A DNA stretch of 64,000 bases, taken from the NCBI GenBank assembly GCA_030829955.1, contig JAURNY010000031.1, forward strand, positions 5,374 to 69,373, given 5' to 3'. Positions 40,581 through 50,768 of this stretch are shown here, one piece after another. Origin of the DNA: Gammaproteobacteria bacterium. Its GTDB lineage: Bacteria > Pseudomonadota > Gammaproteobacteria > Eutrophobiales > Eutrophobiaceae. The position numbers were made by a program, and so were the translations under genes. Each line of letters opens with the position of its first letter. The stretch's first letter is position 1. Below the pieces are notes generated by a model. It did not search any database, had not been told where the DNA came from, and saw only the letters and a program-made list of their open reading frames with translations.

Positions 40581-41537
40581 ATGACTTGCGATCACAAATG
40601 GCGACCGTTTGCTGATAATGCTATAGCGAGGTCGCGTGCTGAACTCTATTCATCTATCAGATTATTCATGTCTGATAGACACATTCTCGAAGTTGATACA
40701 CCAATATTGAGCCGGCATGGTATTTCCGATCCTTTTATCGACAGTATTCGAGCTGAAGCACCACTTGCTGGTTTATCTCCACTTTATTTACACACATCTC
40801 CTGAATTTTGTATGAAAAGACTATTAGCATCTGGTATAGGGGATTGTTATCAAATAGCACATGTCTTTCGTGATGGTGAAAAAGGAAAAAGACACACGTT
40901 AGAGTTCGTTATGTTGGAATGGTATCGATTAAGATTTGATTATCACAAATTGATAGATGAACTCGGTGAATTACTAGCATTTTTGGGTTTAGATAAACCC
41001 AGCAAAAAAACCTATTCAGATATATTCAAGCAAACATTTGATATTGATCCTGTTTCTATCGAAATCGAACAGCTCAGGACATTGGCAAAAGATGCTGGTT
41101 GGTATAATGCCAGTGACCAACGACATAGTTTATTAGACTTTTTATTTTCCCATGAGGTAATAAAACAGATAAAAAAGGAAAAAAGCCTTATTATTTACGA
41201 CTACCCGGCATGTATGGCTTCGTTAGCTCGGCTCAATAAAGAAAATCCGAATGTGTGTGAAAGGTTCGAACTATTTATTGATGGTATGGAAATCGCCAAT
41301 GGTTTTACAGAACTTACGGATAGTGATGAACAACGTCAACGTTTTGAAAAGGATCTTGAAGAACGGAAAGATAATAAAATGCATTCCCCACCAATAGATA
41401 ATCATTTATTGGATGCATTGAAACATGGTTTGCCTGATTGTGCTGGAGTAGCATTAGGCTTGGATCGTTTATTAATGGTGTTAACAGGAAAACAAACAAT
41501 TAATGAAGTGAATAATTTCACATTAGAAAATAATTAA
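40581..41537 (+). CDS. epmA: EF-P-(R)-beta-lysine ligase EpmA (GenX/PoxA, class II LysRS paralog)
   Basis: 318 aa. The N-terminus WRPFADNAIARSRAELYSSIRLFMSDRHILEVDTP aligns with E. coli EpmA. Class II aaRS catalytic core motifs are present. Confidence 0.88.
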   Translation: MTCDHKWRPFADNAIARSRAELYSSIRLFMSDRHILEVDTPILSRHGISDPFIDSIRAEAPLAGLSPLYLHTSPEFCMKRLLASGIGDCYQIAHVFRDGEKGKRHTLEFVMLEWYRLRFDYHKLIDELGELLAFLGLDKPSKKTYSDIFKQTFDIDPVSIEIEQLRTLAKDAGWYNASDQRHSLLDFLFSHEVIKQIKKEKSLIIYDYPACMASLARLNKENPNVCERFELFIDGMEIANGFTELTDSDEQRQRFEKDLEERKDNKMHSPPIDNHLLDALKHGLPDCAGVALGLDRLLMVLTGKQTINEVNNFTLENN

Positions 41538-41590
41538 AACAATGAGTGATTATTCGGTAGTAGTCTGTTCCAATTGTTATTTAATCCTTC

Positions 41591-43513
41591 ATGAAAAATA
41601 TTGCTGATATATTTGCTAGTGATGGCGATCTTTCTGGCGTATTGCAAGGTTTTCAACACCGCCCGGAACAACAGGCAATGGCGGAAACCATCTTTGCTGC
41701 GATCGAGAAAGGTGATGATTTAATCTGCGAAGCCGGCACCGGCACCGGCAAAACAATGGCGTATCTGGTTCCAGCATTACTCAGTGAAAAGAAAACCATC
41801 GTTTCCACCGGCACAAGACATCTACAGGATCAACTCAAACAAAAAGACTTACCGGTTATCCTTGGTTTATTGCCGCAAACCTTTACCACCAGCGTATTAA
41901 AAGGTCGTTCAAACTATTTATGTTTACAGCGCATGCATGCCATTCAGCATGAATCTGCAGAACTCAATCAAACCCAGATTGAGGACTTATATGATGTCGT
42001 TGATTGGTCTAGCCAAACCGAGAAAGGCGATATCAATGAGCTTGGTTTTCTTGAAGACAATTTTTATCTGCGTTCATTGGTCACCTCAACCACTGAAAAC
42101 TGTTTAGGGCAGTCATGTAAGTATTATGAAGATTGTTATGTATTTAAAAACAGAAAAGCAGCAATGGAAGCGGATCTGATAATTACCAATCATCATTTAT
42201 TACTTGCCGATATGGGCTTGCGTGAAACCGGCTTTGGCGAAGTATTACCGATAGCCGACACCATTATCTTTGACGAAGCACACCAATTACCCGAACTCGC
42301 TTCAACCTATTTCAGTAAAGTATTAAGCAGCCGTCAGTTATTGGAACAAATAGACAGTATTCGTACAGCAGATAGAGAAGAAGCAGGTGATGTTGAAGAA
42401 CTTCAATCACGATTAATAGTAGTAGAAAAAAATATACGTGATATTCGTATGTTTTTAGGTCGTCATGATAAACGTATTGCCTGGCAGGTATTGGCGGATA
42501 AAGAAGACTTGTACGATGAAGTAGAAAATTTAATGGATGCTATGCAGGCGATCATTGATGTGCTTGAAACTATGAAAGATCGCGGCAAGATGCTGGAGTC
42601 GTGCTGGCAACGTATTAAGTTGCACTATAACTTTATCGAAAACTATATTGAGAAAGGTGACAAAACCTTAATCCGTTGGCTTGAGATAAGAGGACAACAT
42701 TTTTATTTAAATCAAACGCCCGTCAATATTGCCGAAACCTTTCAACAACAACTACAAACTTATCAGGCGAGTAATATATTTACCTCTGCCAGTCTGGCGA
42801 TTAAGGACAATTTTGATCATTTCAAACACCAACTAGGACTGGAAAAATGTAATACTTCGGTCTGGGATAGTCCGTTTGATTTTAAACAACAGGCAAGACT
42901 CTATCTGCCATTGGATTTACCTGAATACGCACAACCAGAATTCTTTGATGCTTTTATTGAGCGTTCAATTACCCTATTGAAGCAAAGTAAGGGCAGGGCA
43001 TTTATCCTTTTCACCAGCCATGCCGCGCTTCAACGAGCATCAAAAATATTGGAAGAACGGATTAACTATCCATTATTTATTCAAGGCAAGGCATCTCGCT
43101 CTGAAATGCTGAATCAATTTCGTAATGCCGGTAATGCTGTCTTACTGGGTACTAATAGTTTCTGGGAAGGAGTTGATGTGAAAGGTGAAGCATTGTCACT
43201 GGTGATTATCGATAAATTACCTTTTGCCGCACCAGATGATCCGGTATTACAGGCACGACTAAATTATTTGTCAGAGCAGGGTGGTAATCCGTTTATGGAT
43301 TATCAGGTGCCACAGGCAGCGATTATTTTGAAACAGGGAATTGGCAGACTGATTCGTGATGTGAATGATCGAGGTGTATGTGTTATCTGTGATAAACGTA
43401 TTGCGAGAAAGGCTTATGGTAAACGATTACTATCTGCATTACCCCCAATGTCGGTCACAAATGAGCTAAAAGACGTGGAGAACTTTTTCAAACTCATTAA
43501 AAACAAAAGTTAG
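41591..43513 (+). CDS. ATP-dependent DNA helicase, YoaA/DinG family (Rad3-like Fe-S helicase)
   Basis: 640 aa. Walker A AGTGTGKT, DEAHQL box and an Fe-S Cys cluster (NCLGQSCKYYEDCYVF). The size fits YoaA rather than the full-length DinG. Confidence 0.85.
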   Translation: MKNIADIFASDGDLSGVLQGFQHRPEQQAMAETIFAAIEKGDDLICEAGTGTGKTMAYLVPALLSEKKTIVSTGTRHLQDQLKQKDLPVILGLLPQTFTTSVLKGRSNYLCLQRMHAIQHESAELNQTQIEDLYDVVDWSSQTEKGDINELGFLEDNFYLRSLVTSTTENCLGQSCKYYEDCYVFKNRKAAMEADLIITNHHLLLADMGLRETGFGEVLPIADTIIFDEAHQLPELASTYFSKVLSSRQLLEQIDSIRTADREEAGDVEELQSRLIVVEKNIRDIRMFLGRHDKRIAWQVLADKEDLYDEVENLMDAMQAIIDVLETMKDRGKMLESCWQRIKLHYNFIENYIEKGDKTLIRWLEIRGQHFYLNQTPVNIAETFQQQLQTYQASNIFTSASLAIKDNFDHFKHQLGLEKCNTSVWDSPFDFKQQARLYLPLDLPEYAQPEFFDAFIERSITLLKQSKGRAFILFTSHAALQRASKILEERINYPLFIQGKASRSEMLNQFRNAGNAVLLGTNSFWEGVDVKGEALSLVIIDKLPFAAPDDPVLQARLNYLSEQGGNPFMDYQVPQAAIILKQGIGRLIRDVNDRGVCVICDKRIARKAYGKRLLSALPPMSVTNELKDVENFFKLIKNKS

Positions 43514-43556
43514 AATAGACTTTTAATATATTCTTTATATTACTGATTAATATAGT

Positions 43557-44219
43557 TTAATTTTTTAATATTAATGTAATTCCATCAGCCATGGGTAACA
43601 TGCTCATGGTTATCCGTTCATCTTTGTAGATATGCTCATTAAAAACGCGAATCGCAACCGTTTCTTCATTATGATTTTCAGGATTAGCGACTTCACCATT
43701 CCATAAGACGTTATCAATCGCGATCACACCGCCTGTTCTAATGAGCGGTAATAGTAATTCGTAATAATTGATATATTCCGGTTTGTGCGCATCGACAAAG
43801 GCAAAATCAAACTTCCCCTGTAAGCCATCGCTTGCCAGTTGTTTCAATGTCTCAATCGCTGGGGCAATGCGTAAATCAATCTTGCCGGCAACGCCTGCCT
43901 GTTTCCAGAAAGGTTTGGCAAGATCGGTATATTCCGTGCTCACATCACAGGCAATCAATTTGCCATCATCGGGTAGGGCAGCTGCAACTGCCAAACTGCT
44001 ATAGCCAGTAAAAACACCAATTTCGATGGCATTCTTCACATTCAGCATTTTCACCAATAATTGAAAGAATTGACCCTGCTCTGGTGCAATCTGCATATTT
44101 GCCATGATATGTTTTGCTGTTTCTTCACGACATTGTCGCAAACTATCTGTTTCTTTTAATGAAATTGACAACATGTAGTCATAAACTTCATCTGTCAGAT
44201 TAATGGTCTTGTTGCTCAT
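43557..44219 (-). CDS. Class I SAM-dependent O-methyltransferase (caffeoyl-CoA OMT-like, family 3)
   Basis: 220 aa. SAM-binding IEIGVFTGYSSL and the OMT-family-3 region DFAFVDAHKPEY. Confidence 0.8.
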   Translation of the reverse strand: MSNKTINLTDEVYDYMLSISLKETDSLRQCREETAKHIMANMQIAPEQGQFFQLLVKMLNVKNAIEIGVFTGYSSLAVAAALPDDGKLIACDVSTEYTDLAKPFWKQAGVAGKIDLRIAPAIETLKQLASDGLQGKFDFAFVDAHKPEYINYYELLLPLIRTGGVIAIDNVLWNGEVANPENHNEETVAIRVFNEHIYKDERITMSMLPMADGITLILKN

Positions 44220-44248
44220 AATTGAGTCCTTGTTATATTGTTATGACG

Positions 44249-45043
44249 ATGAGGATAATCGAATCAAACACAGCAGAGTTAACCACGCATCATACTGATG
44301 TATTCAAGTTGATCCAGATCACGGATACGCATATTCAAGAAAAAGGCACTGATCTGTTTAATGGATTTGATACCTCAGCCAGCCTGCAACAGGTCATAAA
44401 GGCATTACAGGAAAACGAAACCGATGCAGATTGTTTATTAATCACAGGTGATCTGGTTAACGTACCCACCGAAGCCGCTTATCAAGAGCTTGCAGATATT
44501 CTTGCCAGTGTCAAAAAGCCAGTCTTTTGGTTGCCAGGTAATCATGATAATCCTGAATTAATGGATTATGTGTTAGGCAAGAATAGCTTTGATACCTGCA
44601 AGATTATTCAAGCGAATAACTGGCGAGTGATATTAGTGAATAGTCATTTAATGGGCGAGCATGCTGGAGAAATTACTGAAGAAGAATATCATTTTCTTGA
44701 AACCGCATTAAACGAAAGTAAAGAGTCGAATATATTAATCGCACTTCACCATCACCCTATATCAATTAATAGTCTCTGGATGGATAGCATGATGCTGACC
44801 AATCCTGAAAAGCTATTGGAATTAATCGAACAGCATAAACAGGTTAAAGGTGTAATCTGGGGACATATTCACCAACAGTTTGAAATGGTAATCAATGAAG
44901 TACATTTTTTAGGCTCGCCGTCGACTTGTATTCAGTTTAAGCCGAAAGCAACAGCTTATGAGGCGGATAAGAAGTCGCCTGGATATCAAAGTTTGAATAT
45001 GTTCAATAGCGGCAATATCAAATCAAAAGTCATATATTTGTAA
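44249..45043 (+). CDS. 3',5'-cyclic-nucleotide phosphodiesterase CpdA/Icc-like metallophosphoesterase
   Basis: Calcineurin-like motifs DTH, GDLVN, GNHD and HHHP. Start at the internal ATG (MRIIESNT); the track ORF begins 27 nt earlier. Confidence 0.75.
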   Translation: MRIIESNTAELTTHHTDVFKLIQITDTHIQEKGTDLFNGFDTSASLQQVIKALQENETDADCLLITGDLVNVPTEAAYQELADILASVKKPVFWLPGNHDNPELMDYVLGKNSFDTCKIIQANNWRVILVNSHLMGEHAGEITEEEYHFLETALNESKESNILIALHHHPISINSLWMDSMMLTNPEKLLELIEQHKQVKGVIWGHIHQQFEMVINEVHFLGSPSTCIQFKPKATAYEADKKSPGYQSLNMFNSGNIKSKVIYL

Positions 45044-45259
45044 TATCAACAATCGACCCAAAGCGGACATTTTAATAGATATTAAAAACAGTAAAGTAGA
45101 TACTATAATAATTTTTGCGCTCTAATTGTCATTTGTCTTGCTTAATTAAGGAGATCTTTTCGTATGTCTACTGTAAATATATACAAGCACTTATTCGATA
45201 AAGTGTCTTCTGAACACTAGTTAACAAAAACAACCATTTACTTAATTCGGAAACAAATA

Positions 45260-45673
45260 ATGAAATTTCCAATAGAAGGTTCTTGCCAATGCGGGCAAGT
45301 CACCTACAAGTTAAAAGAGCCACCGAAAATAGTATTGGCTTGTCATTGTAAAGAATGCCAAAAGCTTTCGACTAGCCCGTTTAGTGTCACGGCAATCATT
45401 GAATCTAATGCAATTGAATTTTATGGTGAGCTTAATGAGTGGAGTAGGGTAGCGGAGAGCGGTAATGCAAACAATGCTAAATTCTGTCCAGAATGTGGAA
45501 ATCGTATTTACCACTTTAACCCCAATGATAAATCCACAATTAAGTTAAAGCTTAAGCCAATTGACTTGGAGAATGATATTCTTTTCGAACCAACTATACA
45601 TGTTTGGGTGTCGGAAAAACTAAGTTGGTATAAGCTCCCTGATGGAGTTAAAGTCTTTGAAAAACAACCATAG
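45260..45673 (+). CDS. GFA family protein (glutathione-dependent formaldehyde-activating/CENP-V-like zinc protein)
   Basis: 137 aa with the characteristic Cys pattern CQCGQV...CHCKECQK...CPECG. Confidence 0.8.
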   Translation: MKFPIEGSCQCGQVTYKLKEPPKIVLACHCKECQKLSTSPFSVTAIIESNAIEFYGELNEWSRVAESGNANNAKFCPECGNRIYHFNPNDKSTIKLKLKPIDLENDILFEPTIHVWVSEKLSWYKLPDGVKVFEKQP

Positions 45674-45851
45674 AAAATTTGCTAAAAAATCATCCAAGCA
45701 GACCCACAAAGCATAGTTACGTTTTTGTAATTGCTCCGAGATTTTACTGCAAAACCGCTATTCTTTGCTTTATGGGTGATAAACGCAGGGTTAGGATATT
45801 AAAAAATATGGTTTACTTAGCAAAATGAAGCAATTCAATTTAGTGTTTGCT

Positions 45852-47048
45852 CTAAACAGAAGTTCCTGACGCATAACCTGAAGCCCATGCCCACTGAAAA
45901 TTAAATCCACCTAGATGTCCCGTGACATCTACGACTTCACCTATAAAATATAACCCTTTGTGTTGTTTGCTTTCCATTGTTTTAGATGAGAGTTCATTTG
46001 TATCAACGCCACCTAGTGTGACTTCTGCTGTGCGATAGCCTTCTGTACCTGAGGGTTTTAATTGCCAATGTTGCAATGTGCTCGCTATTTCTTTTAAATC
46101 GTTATTCGATATTTCAGATATTGTTTTTTCTGCAATGTCTTTCCAGAATTGTTCTTCAAGCACATTCACCAATTTCTTTACCATTAATTGGCTTATTAGA
46201 TTTCTAAGCAACATCTTTGGATGTATGTTTTTTCTATCTAATAAGAACTTAAATATGTCTTGTTCTGGAGATAGGTTAATTTCTATTGCTTCTGTAGGTT
46301 GCCAATAGTTGGATATTTGTAATACAGCAGGACCGCTTAAACCACGATGTGTAAACAGCATGTCTTCTGTAAATAATTTATTGTTTGATTGAATAGTGAC
46401 ATGATGCGAAATACCACTAAGTGGTTTGAATTTATCTTTTTGTTTATCGGTAATGGTGAAGGGGACAAGTGCAGCTCTTGTTGGAAGAACATTAAGTCCA
46501 AATTTTTCTGCGACTTTATAACCAAAGCCACTTGCGCCCATTTTGGGGATGGATAATCCACCAGTGGCAATCACCAGGCTCTCTGATTTAAACTTTCCTT
46601 TATTCGTGTTGACTTTATATTCTTGTTCTTTTGTATCGATTTTACTGACTTTATCAACCTGACATTCCGTTAAAATTTTTATGCCAACCTGATCACATTC
46701 GGTTTTCAATAGGGTGAGTATATCTTTAGATGATTCGTTACAGAATAATTGCCCATGTTTTTTCTCGTGGTATTGAACGCCGTGTTTTTCGACTAAATCT
46801 ATAAAGTCCCATTGGGTATAGCGTTTTAATGCAGATTTACAAAAGTGTGGGTTTTGCGACAGGTAATTATCAGGTGAGATATTTAGGTTAGTGAAATTAC
46901 ATCTTCCGCCACCGGACATGAGTATTTTTTTACCGATCTTGTTACTGCCTTCAATAACAAGCACCTTACGGCCACGATTACCGGCAGTGATTGCACAAAA
47001 TAAACCTGCGGCACCACCACCAATGATAATGGCATCATAGTGTGACAA
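45852..47048 (-). CDS. NAD(P)/FAD-dependent oxidoreductase, HI0933/YhiN (BaiN) family
   Basis: 398 aa. The N-terminal dinucleotide fold YDAIIIGGGAAGLFCA and GGGRCNFTN are typical of this flavoprotein family. Confidence 0.85.
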   Translation of the reverse strand: MSHYDAIIIGGGAAGLFCAITAGNRGRKVLVIEGSNKIGKKILMSGGGRCNFTNLNISPDNYLSQNPHFCKSALKRYTQWDFIDLVEKHGVQYHEKKHGQLFCNESSKDILTLLKTECDQVGIKILTECQVDKVSKIDTKEQEYKVNTNKGKFKSESLVIATGGLSIPKMGASGFGYKVAEKFGLNVLPTRAALVPFTITDKQKDKFKPLSGISHHVTIQSNNKLFTEDMLFTHRGLSGPAVLQISNYWQPTEAIEINLSPEQDIFKFLLDRKNIHPKMLLRNLISQLMVKKLVNVLEEQFWKDIAEKTISEISNNDLKEIASTLQHWQLKPSGTEGYRTAEVTLGGVDTNELSSKTMESKQHKGLYFIGEVVDVTGHLGGFNFQWAWASGYASGTSV

Positions 47049-47050
47049 AA

Positions 47051-47716
47051 CTAACCAACAACTTTATTGCGTAAATAGACAGGTTCGGCATTTGAAGCAT
47101 CATAGATTTCATTGCGATTCAGTTTTGTTTTAGCAATTTGCAGAGTATATTTTGCTAATGGAAAGCATTCGCTACTAAAACCTATTAAATTATCGTTGAA
47201 CTGTTGGCTGAGTTCTTTTTCATAAGTGCCCCAGCCAGTGCCAGCGCCAAACCATTTTTGGTTACTATCTGCTTTTACTTCATTTGGCGATAATACGGCT
47301 TCTTCAGCCAATAATTGCATAATGCCGCCATCATTTAATTGATATTGTCCCCAATAGACTTCGCCCATGCGTGCATCAATCGCTACTGCAATATTGGAAT
47401 ACTCTTCAGTGAACTGTTGTGCTAGAGCAGCCATGCTGGAAACAGGAATAACGGGTAAGTTATGTGCAAATGCCAAACCCTGAACAACACCTATGGCAAT
47501 ACGAACTCCGGTAAAAGCACCGGGACCTTGCCCGAATGCAATTGCATCGAGATTAGATATAGTAATTCCTGCTTCAGTTAGTAATTCATCGACCATGGGT
47601 AATATCAGGCGAGTATGTTGTTGTGGTGCAATCTCAGCACGCGCTGTTATCGAATCATTGATCAATAAAGCAGCAGAGCAGGCTTCAGTAGCGGTTTCAA
47701 TCGCGAGTAGTTTCAT
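47051..47716 (-). CDS. tsaB: tRNA threonylcarbamoyladenosine biosynthesis protein TsaB (YeaZ)
   Basis: 221 aa. The N-terminus MKLLAIETATEACSAALL is typical of inactive Kae1/YgjD-family TsaB. Confidence 0.88.
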   Translation of the reverse strand: MKLLAIETATEACSAALLINDSITARAEIAPQQHTRLILPMVDELLTEAGITISNLDAIAFGQGPGAFTGVRIAIGVVQGLAFAHNLPVIPVSSMAALAQQFTEEYSNIAVAIDARMGEVYWGQYQLNDGGIMQLLAEEAVLSPNEVKADSNQKWFGAGTGWGTYEKELSQQFNDNLIGFSSECFPLAKYTLQIAKTKLNRNEIYDASNAEPVYLRNKVVG

Positions 47717-47728
47717 GTGTCTGAATAC

Positions 47729-47911
47729 TTAAATAGCAAATACACTGTTATTTACACTCTGTTCCAAAGTCCAGATGACAGGGTATTCACGTTTTACTTT
47801 CATTTTATTTTCTTGATGTAATGATTTTGTTGATCCGCCATGAGGACATCCTTTTTTTATTAGAGGATTATTAAACATCGGATTGCGATGCTTTCCTACT
47901 TTTGCAGCCAT
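47729..47911 (-). CDS. Hypothetical 60-aa basic protein
   Basis: Strong SD AGGAGA 7 nt upstream of the ATG on the minus strand (ctcaggagattataaATGgct). Co-oriented with tsaB. No family recognised. Confidence 0.4.
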   Translation of the reverse strand: MAAKVGKHRNPMFNNPLIKKGCPHGGSTKSLHQENKMKVKREYPVIWTLEQSVNNSVFAI

Positions 47912-48007
47912 TTATAATCTCCTGAGTTAGTTAAAAAGTACGACAGTATATATGATATTTACATATTCGTTGATTTCCGGCTTTATTCTGCAAAACAACA
48001 GCTTATA

Positions 48008-49261
48008 ATGCCCACCATGTTTAATTTTTTTGAAACACAGGTCGGTTTACGTTATGTACGTGCCCGCCGTCGTAATCATTTCATCTCATTTATTTCCATG
48101 ACATCTATGTTAGGTGTTGTATTGGGTGTAATGGCGTTGATTACTGTGCTTTCTGTAATGAATGGTTTTGAAAAAGAGTTAAAAGAACGTATTCTCGGTA
48201 TGGCATCTCATGCCACGGTGATGGCGAGTGATAATTCATTAAATAACTGGCAACCGATTGCAGAAGAAATCTATCATCATCCAGATGTTGAGGGTGTTGC
48301 GCCATTTTTTCATGCAGAAGGGATGCTGGTGAATGATAAATTGGTAAATGGCACGATTATTCGCGGTGTGTTACCAGAAGAAGAGCCTAAAGTCGCTGTT
48401 GTTACCGAGAAGATGATTGTAGGTGATTTTAATGAACTAAAATCTGGCGAATTTAATATTGTTCTGGGTAAAGAACTTGCCAGGACATTGGGTGTTGGGC
48501 TCACCGATAAAGTGACATTGATTGCTCCACAGGCAAATGTTACGCCGGCAGGAATATTACCAAGATTAAAGCGATTTACATTGGTTGGTATCTTTGAAGT
48601 AGGTATGCATGAGTTTGATAGTGGTTTGGCATTAATTCATATGGACGATGCAATGAAACTGTTTAGAAAAACATCGCCTAGTGGCTTACGTTTGAAAACA
48701 GATGATATTTTGGAGGCACCACGTATCAGTCGCGAAATTGTGCAGCAGATCCCCGGAAATTATTGGGTTATTGATTGGACACAACGTCATGCGAATTTTT
48801 TTCGCGCATTAAAGACTGAAAAGACGGTGATGTTTGTAATATTAATGCTTATTGTTGCCGTTGCCGCATTTAATATTATTTCAACATTGGTCATGATGGT
48901 ATCGGACAAACAATCTGATATTGCTGTTTTAAGAACATTGGGTGCTAGTCCTGCAAGTATTCTCAAGATATTTATGATTCAAGGCACAATTATTGGTCTT
49001 GTTGGTATTGGTTTAGGTGTGATTGGTGGAGTCTGGTTGGCGAGCAATGTTGAAACAATCGTGCCAGCGATTGAATCATTTTTTAATATCAAGTTTTTAT
49101 CTCCCGATGTTTATTACATTAGTGATTTACCATCTGATATGCATTGGAATGATGTCATTACTATCAGCATCATTGCCTTTATTCTTTGTTTGTTGGCAAC
49201 GATTTATCCGGCATTACGTGCGGCAAAAACCCATCCCGCGGAGGCATTGCGTTATGAGTGA
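48008..49261 (+). CDS. Lipoprotein-releasing system transmembrane permease (LolC/LolE family; probably hybrid LolF as the only permease)
   Basis: 417 aa. FtsX-like 4-TM architecture with a large periplasmic loop. The N-terminus [14 protein letters not shown]...[20 protein letters not shown] matches LolC/E. Only one permease gene precedes lolD. Confidence 0.85.
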   Translation: MPTMFNFFETQVGLRYVRARRRNHFISFISMTSMLGVVLGVMALITVLSVMNGFEKELKERILGMASHATVMASDNSLNNWQPIAEEIYHHPDVEGVAPFFHAEGMLVNDKLVNGTIIRGVLPEEEPKVAVVTEKMIVGDFNELKSGEFNIVLGKELARTLGVGLTDKVTLIAPQANVTPAGILPRLKRFTLVGIFEVGMHEFDSGLALIHMDDAMKLFRKTSPSGLRLKTDDILEAPRISREIVQQIPGNYWVIDWTQRHANFFRALKTEKTVMFVILMLIVAVAAFNIISTLVMMVSDKQSDIAVLRTLGASPASILKIFMIQGTIIGLVGIGLGVIGGVWLASNVETIVPAIESFFNIKFLSPDVYYISDLPSDMHWNDVITISIIAFILCLLATIYPALRAAKTHPAEALRYE

Positions 49262-49931
49262 TATTGTTCTTGCTTGTCGTGATCTATATAAAAGCTATCA
49301 TGAAGGTGGTTTGAATGCCAATGTCTTGAATGGTGTTGAGCTTGAAGTTAAAACCAAACAAAATATTGCCATCATCGGCGCATCCGGATCGGGTAAAAGT
49401 ACGTTGCTACATGTTTTAGGTGGCCTGGATAAACCGGATAAAGGTGATGTGTTGATAAACGATATGTCATTGAAAGATTTATCTGAAGTGCAGCGTGGTG
49501 ATATACGTAATCGTTATCTTGGTTTTATATATCAGTTTCATCATTTGTTACCTGAATTTACTGCATTGGAAAATGTTGCTATGCCATTACTCATTCGGCG
49601 CGAAAATAAAACAGCATCATTGGAAAAAGCAGAGTATTTATTAACTCAGGTTGGGTTGAGGGAGCGCCTGCAGCATAAGCCAGGTGAATTATCTGGTGGA
49701 GAACGTCAACGAGCTGCGATTGCGCGTGCATTAGTGACTGATCCCGCCTGTATACTTGCTGATGAACCTACTGGCAATTTGGATGAAAAGACAGCCGGTC
49801 ACGTGTTTAATCTTATTCTTGAATTAAACGAACGTTTAAGTACCAGTTTGGTGATGGTGACTCATAATCTAGAATTGGCTAAACGTGTTGATATGACAAT
49901 GGAACTTCGCGAAGGCGCATTACACGTTTAA
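49254..49931 (+). CDS. lolD: Lipoprotein-releasing system ATP-binding protein LolD
   Basis: The ATG at 49254 gives [19 protein letters not shown]... with Walker [13 protein letters not shown] signature LSGGERQR and Walker [12 protein letters not shown]. The track ORF 49023.. is an out-of-context 5' extension. Confidence 0.9.
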   Translation: MSDIVLACRDLYKSYHEGGLNANVLNGVELEVKTKQNIAIIGASGSGKSTLLHVLGGLDKPDKGDVLINDMSLKDLSEVQRGDIRNRYLGFIYQFHHLLPEFTALENVAMPLLIRRENKTASLEKAEYLLTQVGLRERLQHKPGELSGGERQRAAIARALVTDPACILADEPTGNLDEKTAGHVFNLILELNERLSTSLVMVTHNLELAKRVDMTMELREGALHV

Positions 49932-50459
49932 ATCTAGTTTCTTTAATTCTTTCTTTAATTTTTGGCGACTCAACCAGCGATTAATAGCGGTATAGCGCCA
50001 GATAATCCTGATTAATATATAAGTTGTTAGTGAAGCGAGTGAGCCAAAAATTAAGCAGCCAAGTAGTAAAGGTTCCCATATCTCCAAAAACGTCGTACTA
50101 AACCAGTCCCAGGAAACATGAAATTCAACCTGTGAATGCTGTTCCCCTAACAACCATGTACCGGTTTTATGAGCGTAGAAGAATAATGGCGGAATAGTGA
50201 CTGGATTAGTGAAAAAAGAAAAAACTACTGCAATCGACAAATTTACCCTAAGAAGAATGGCAAATATGGCAGAACTAATGGTGTGTACAGGCAATGGAAT
50301 AAATGCACAAAACATCCCGATAGCTGCGCCACCAGCGGCTGAGCGGCGATTTAAGTGCCAGATATTAGGATCATGCAGGAAGTTAGCAAGAAAACTAAGA
50401 CTGCCCTGCTTTTGCAGTTTTTCCTTATTAGGCAGATAGCGTTTTAATGTATTTTTCAA
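49920..50459 (-). CDS. DUF2062 domain membrane protein
   Basis: 179 aa with TM helices and a conserved DUF2062-like core ([19 protein letters not shown]). Its 3' end overlaps the lolD 3' end by 12 nt (convergent). Confidence 0.7.
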   Translation of the reverse strand: MKNTLKRYLPNKEKLQKQGSLSFLANFLHDPNIWHLNRRSAAGGAAIGMFCAFIPLPVHTISSAIFAILLRVNLSIAVVFSFFTNPVTIPPLFFYAHKTGTWLLGEQHSQVEFHVSWDWFSTTFLEIWEPLLLGCLIFGSLASLTTYILIRIIWRYTAINRWLSRQKLKKELKKLDLNV

Positions 50460-50768
50460 CGTTAATACTTACGGTCAATTTAAAAAGCGCGGTATTATAA
50501 CGCAGAGATTTAAAAATAGGATGAAAATCATGCTAGTAGGAATGTTTTAAAATCAGTGAGTTACAGGAATCGAATTGGTTTGCTAAATCGGACTATACTA
50601 TTTCAATATAAACAACGTGGTATTCAAAGGCTGATAACTTACTTAATCTGGTGCAATTCTGTTTAATTTTTTAAAAACCGGAATCAAAATAAAGGTAATG
50701 CGATCTGTTCTAAGACGTTTTTGGTATAAAATCGTGACAAATAATGACTAAAAGTGGAGTAAAAAGTA

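Noticed and set aside
49023-49253. 5' extension of the lolD ORF (track ORF 49023..49931)
   Set aside because: The extension overlaps lolC in another frame. The canonical LolD N-terminus [15 protein letters not shown] starts at 49254.
50734-50754. Fur-box-like sequence (gtgacaaataatgactaaaag) upstream of exbB
   Set aside because: About 9/15 matches to the GATAATGATAATCATTATC consensus in an AT-rich background. Not distinguishable from chance without a PWM scan.
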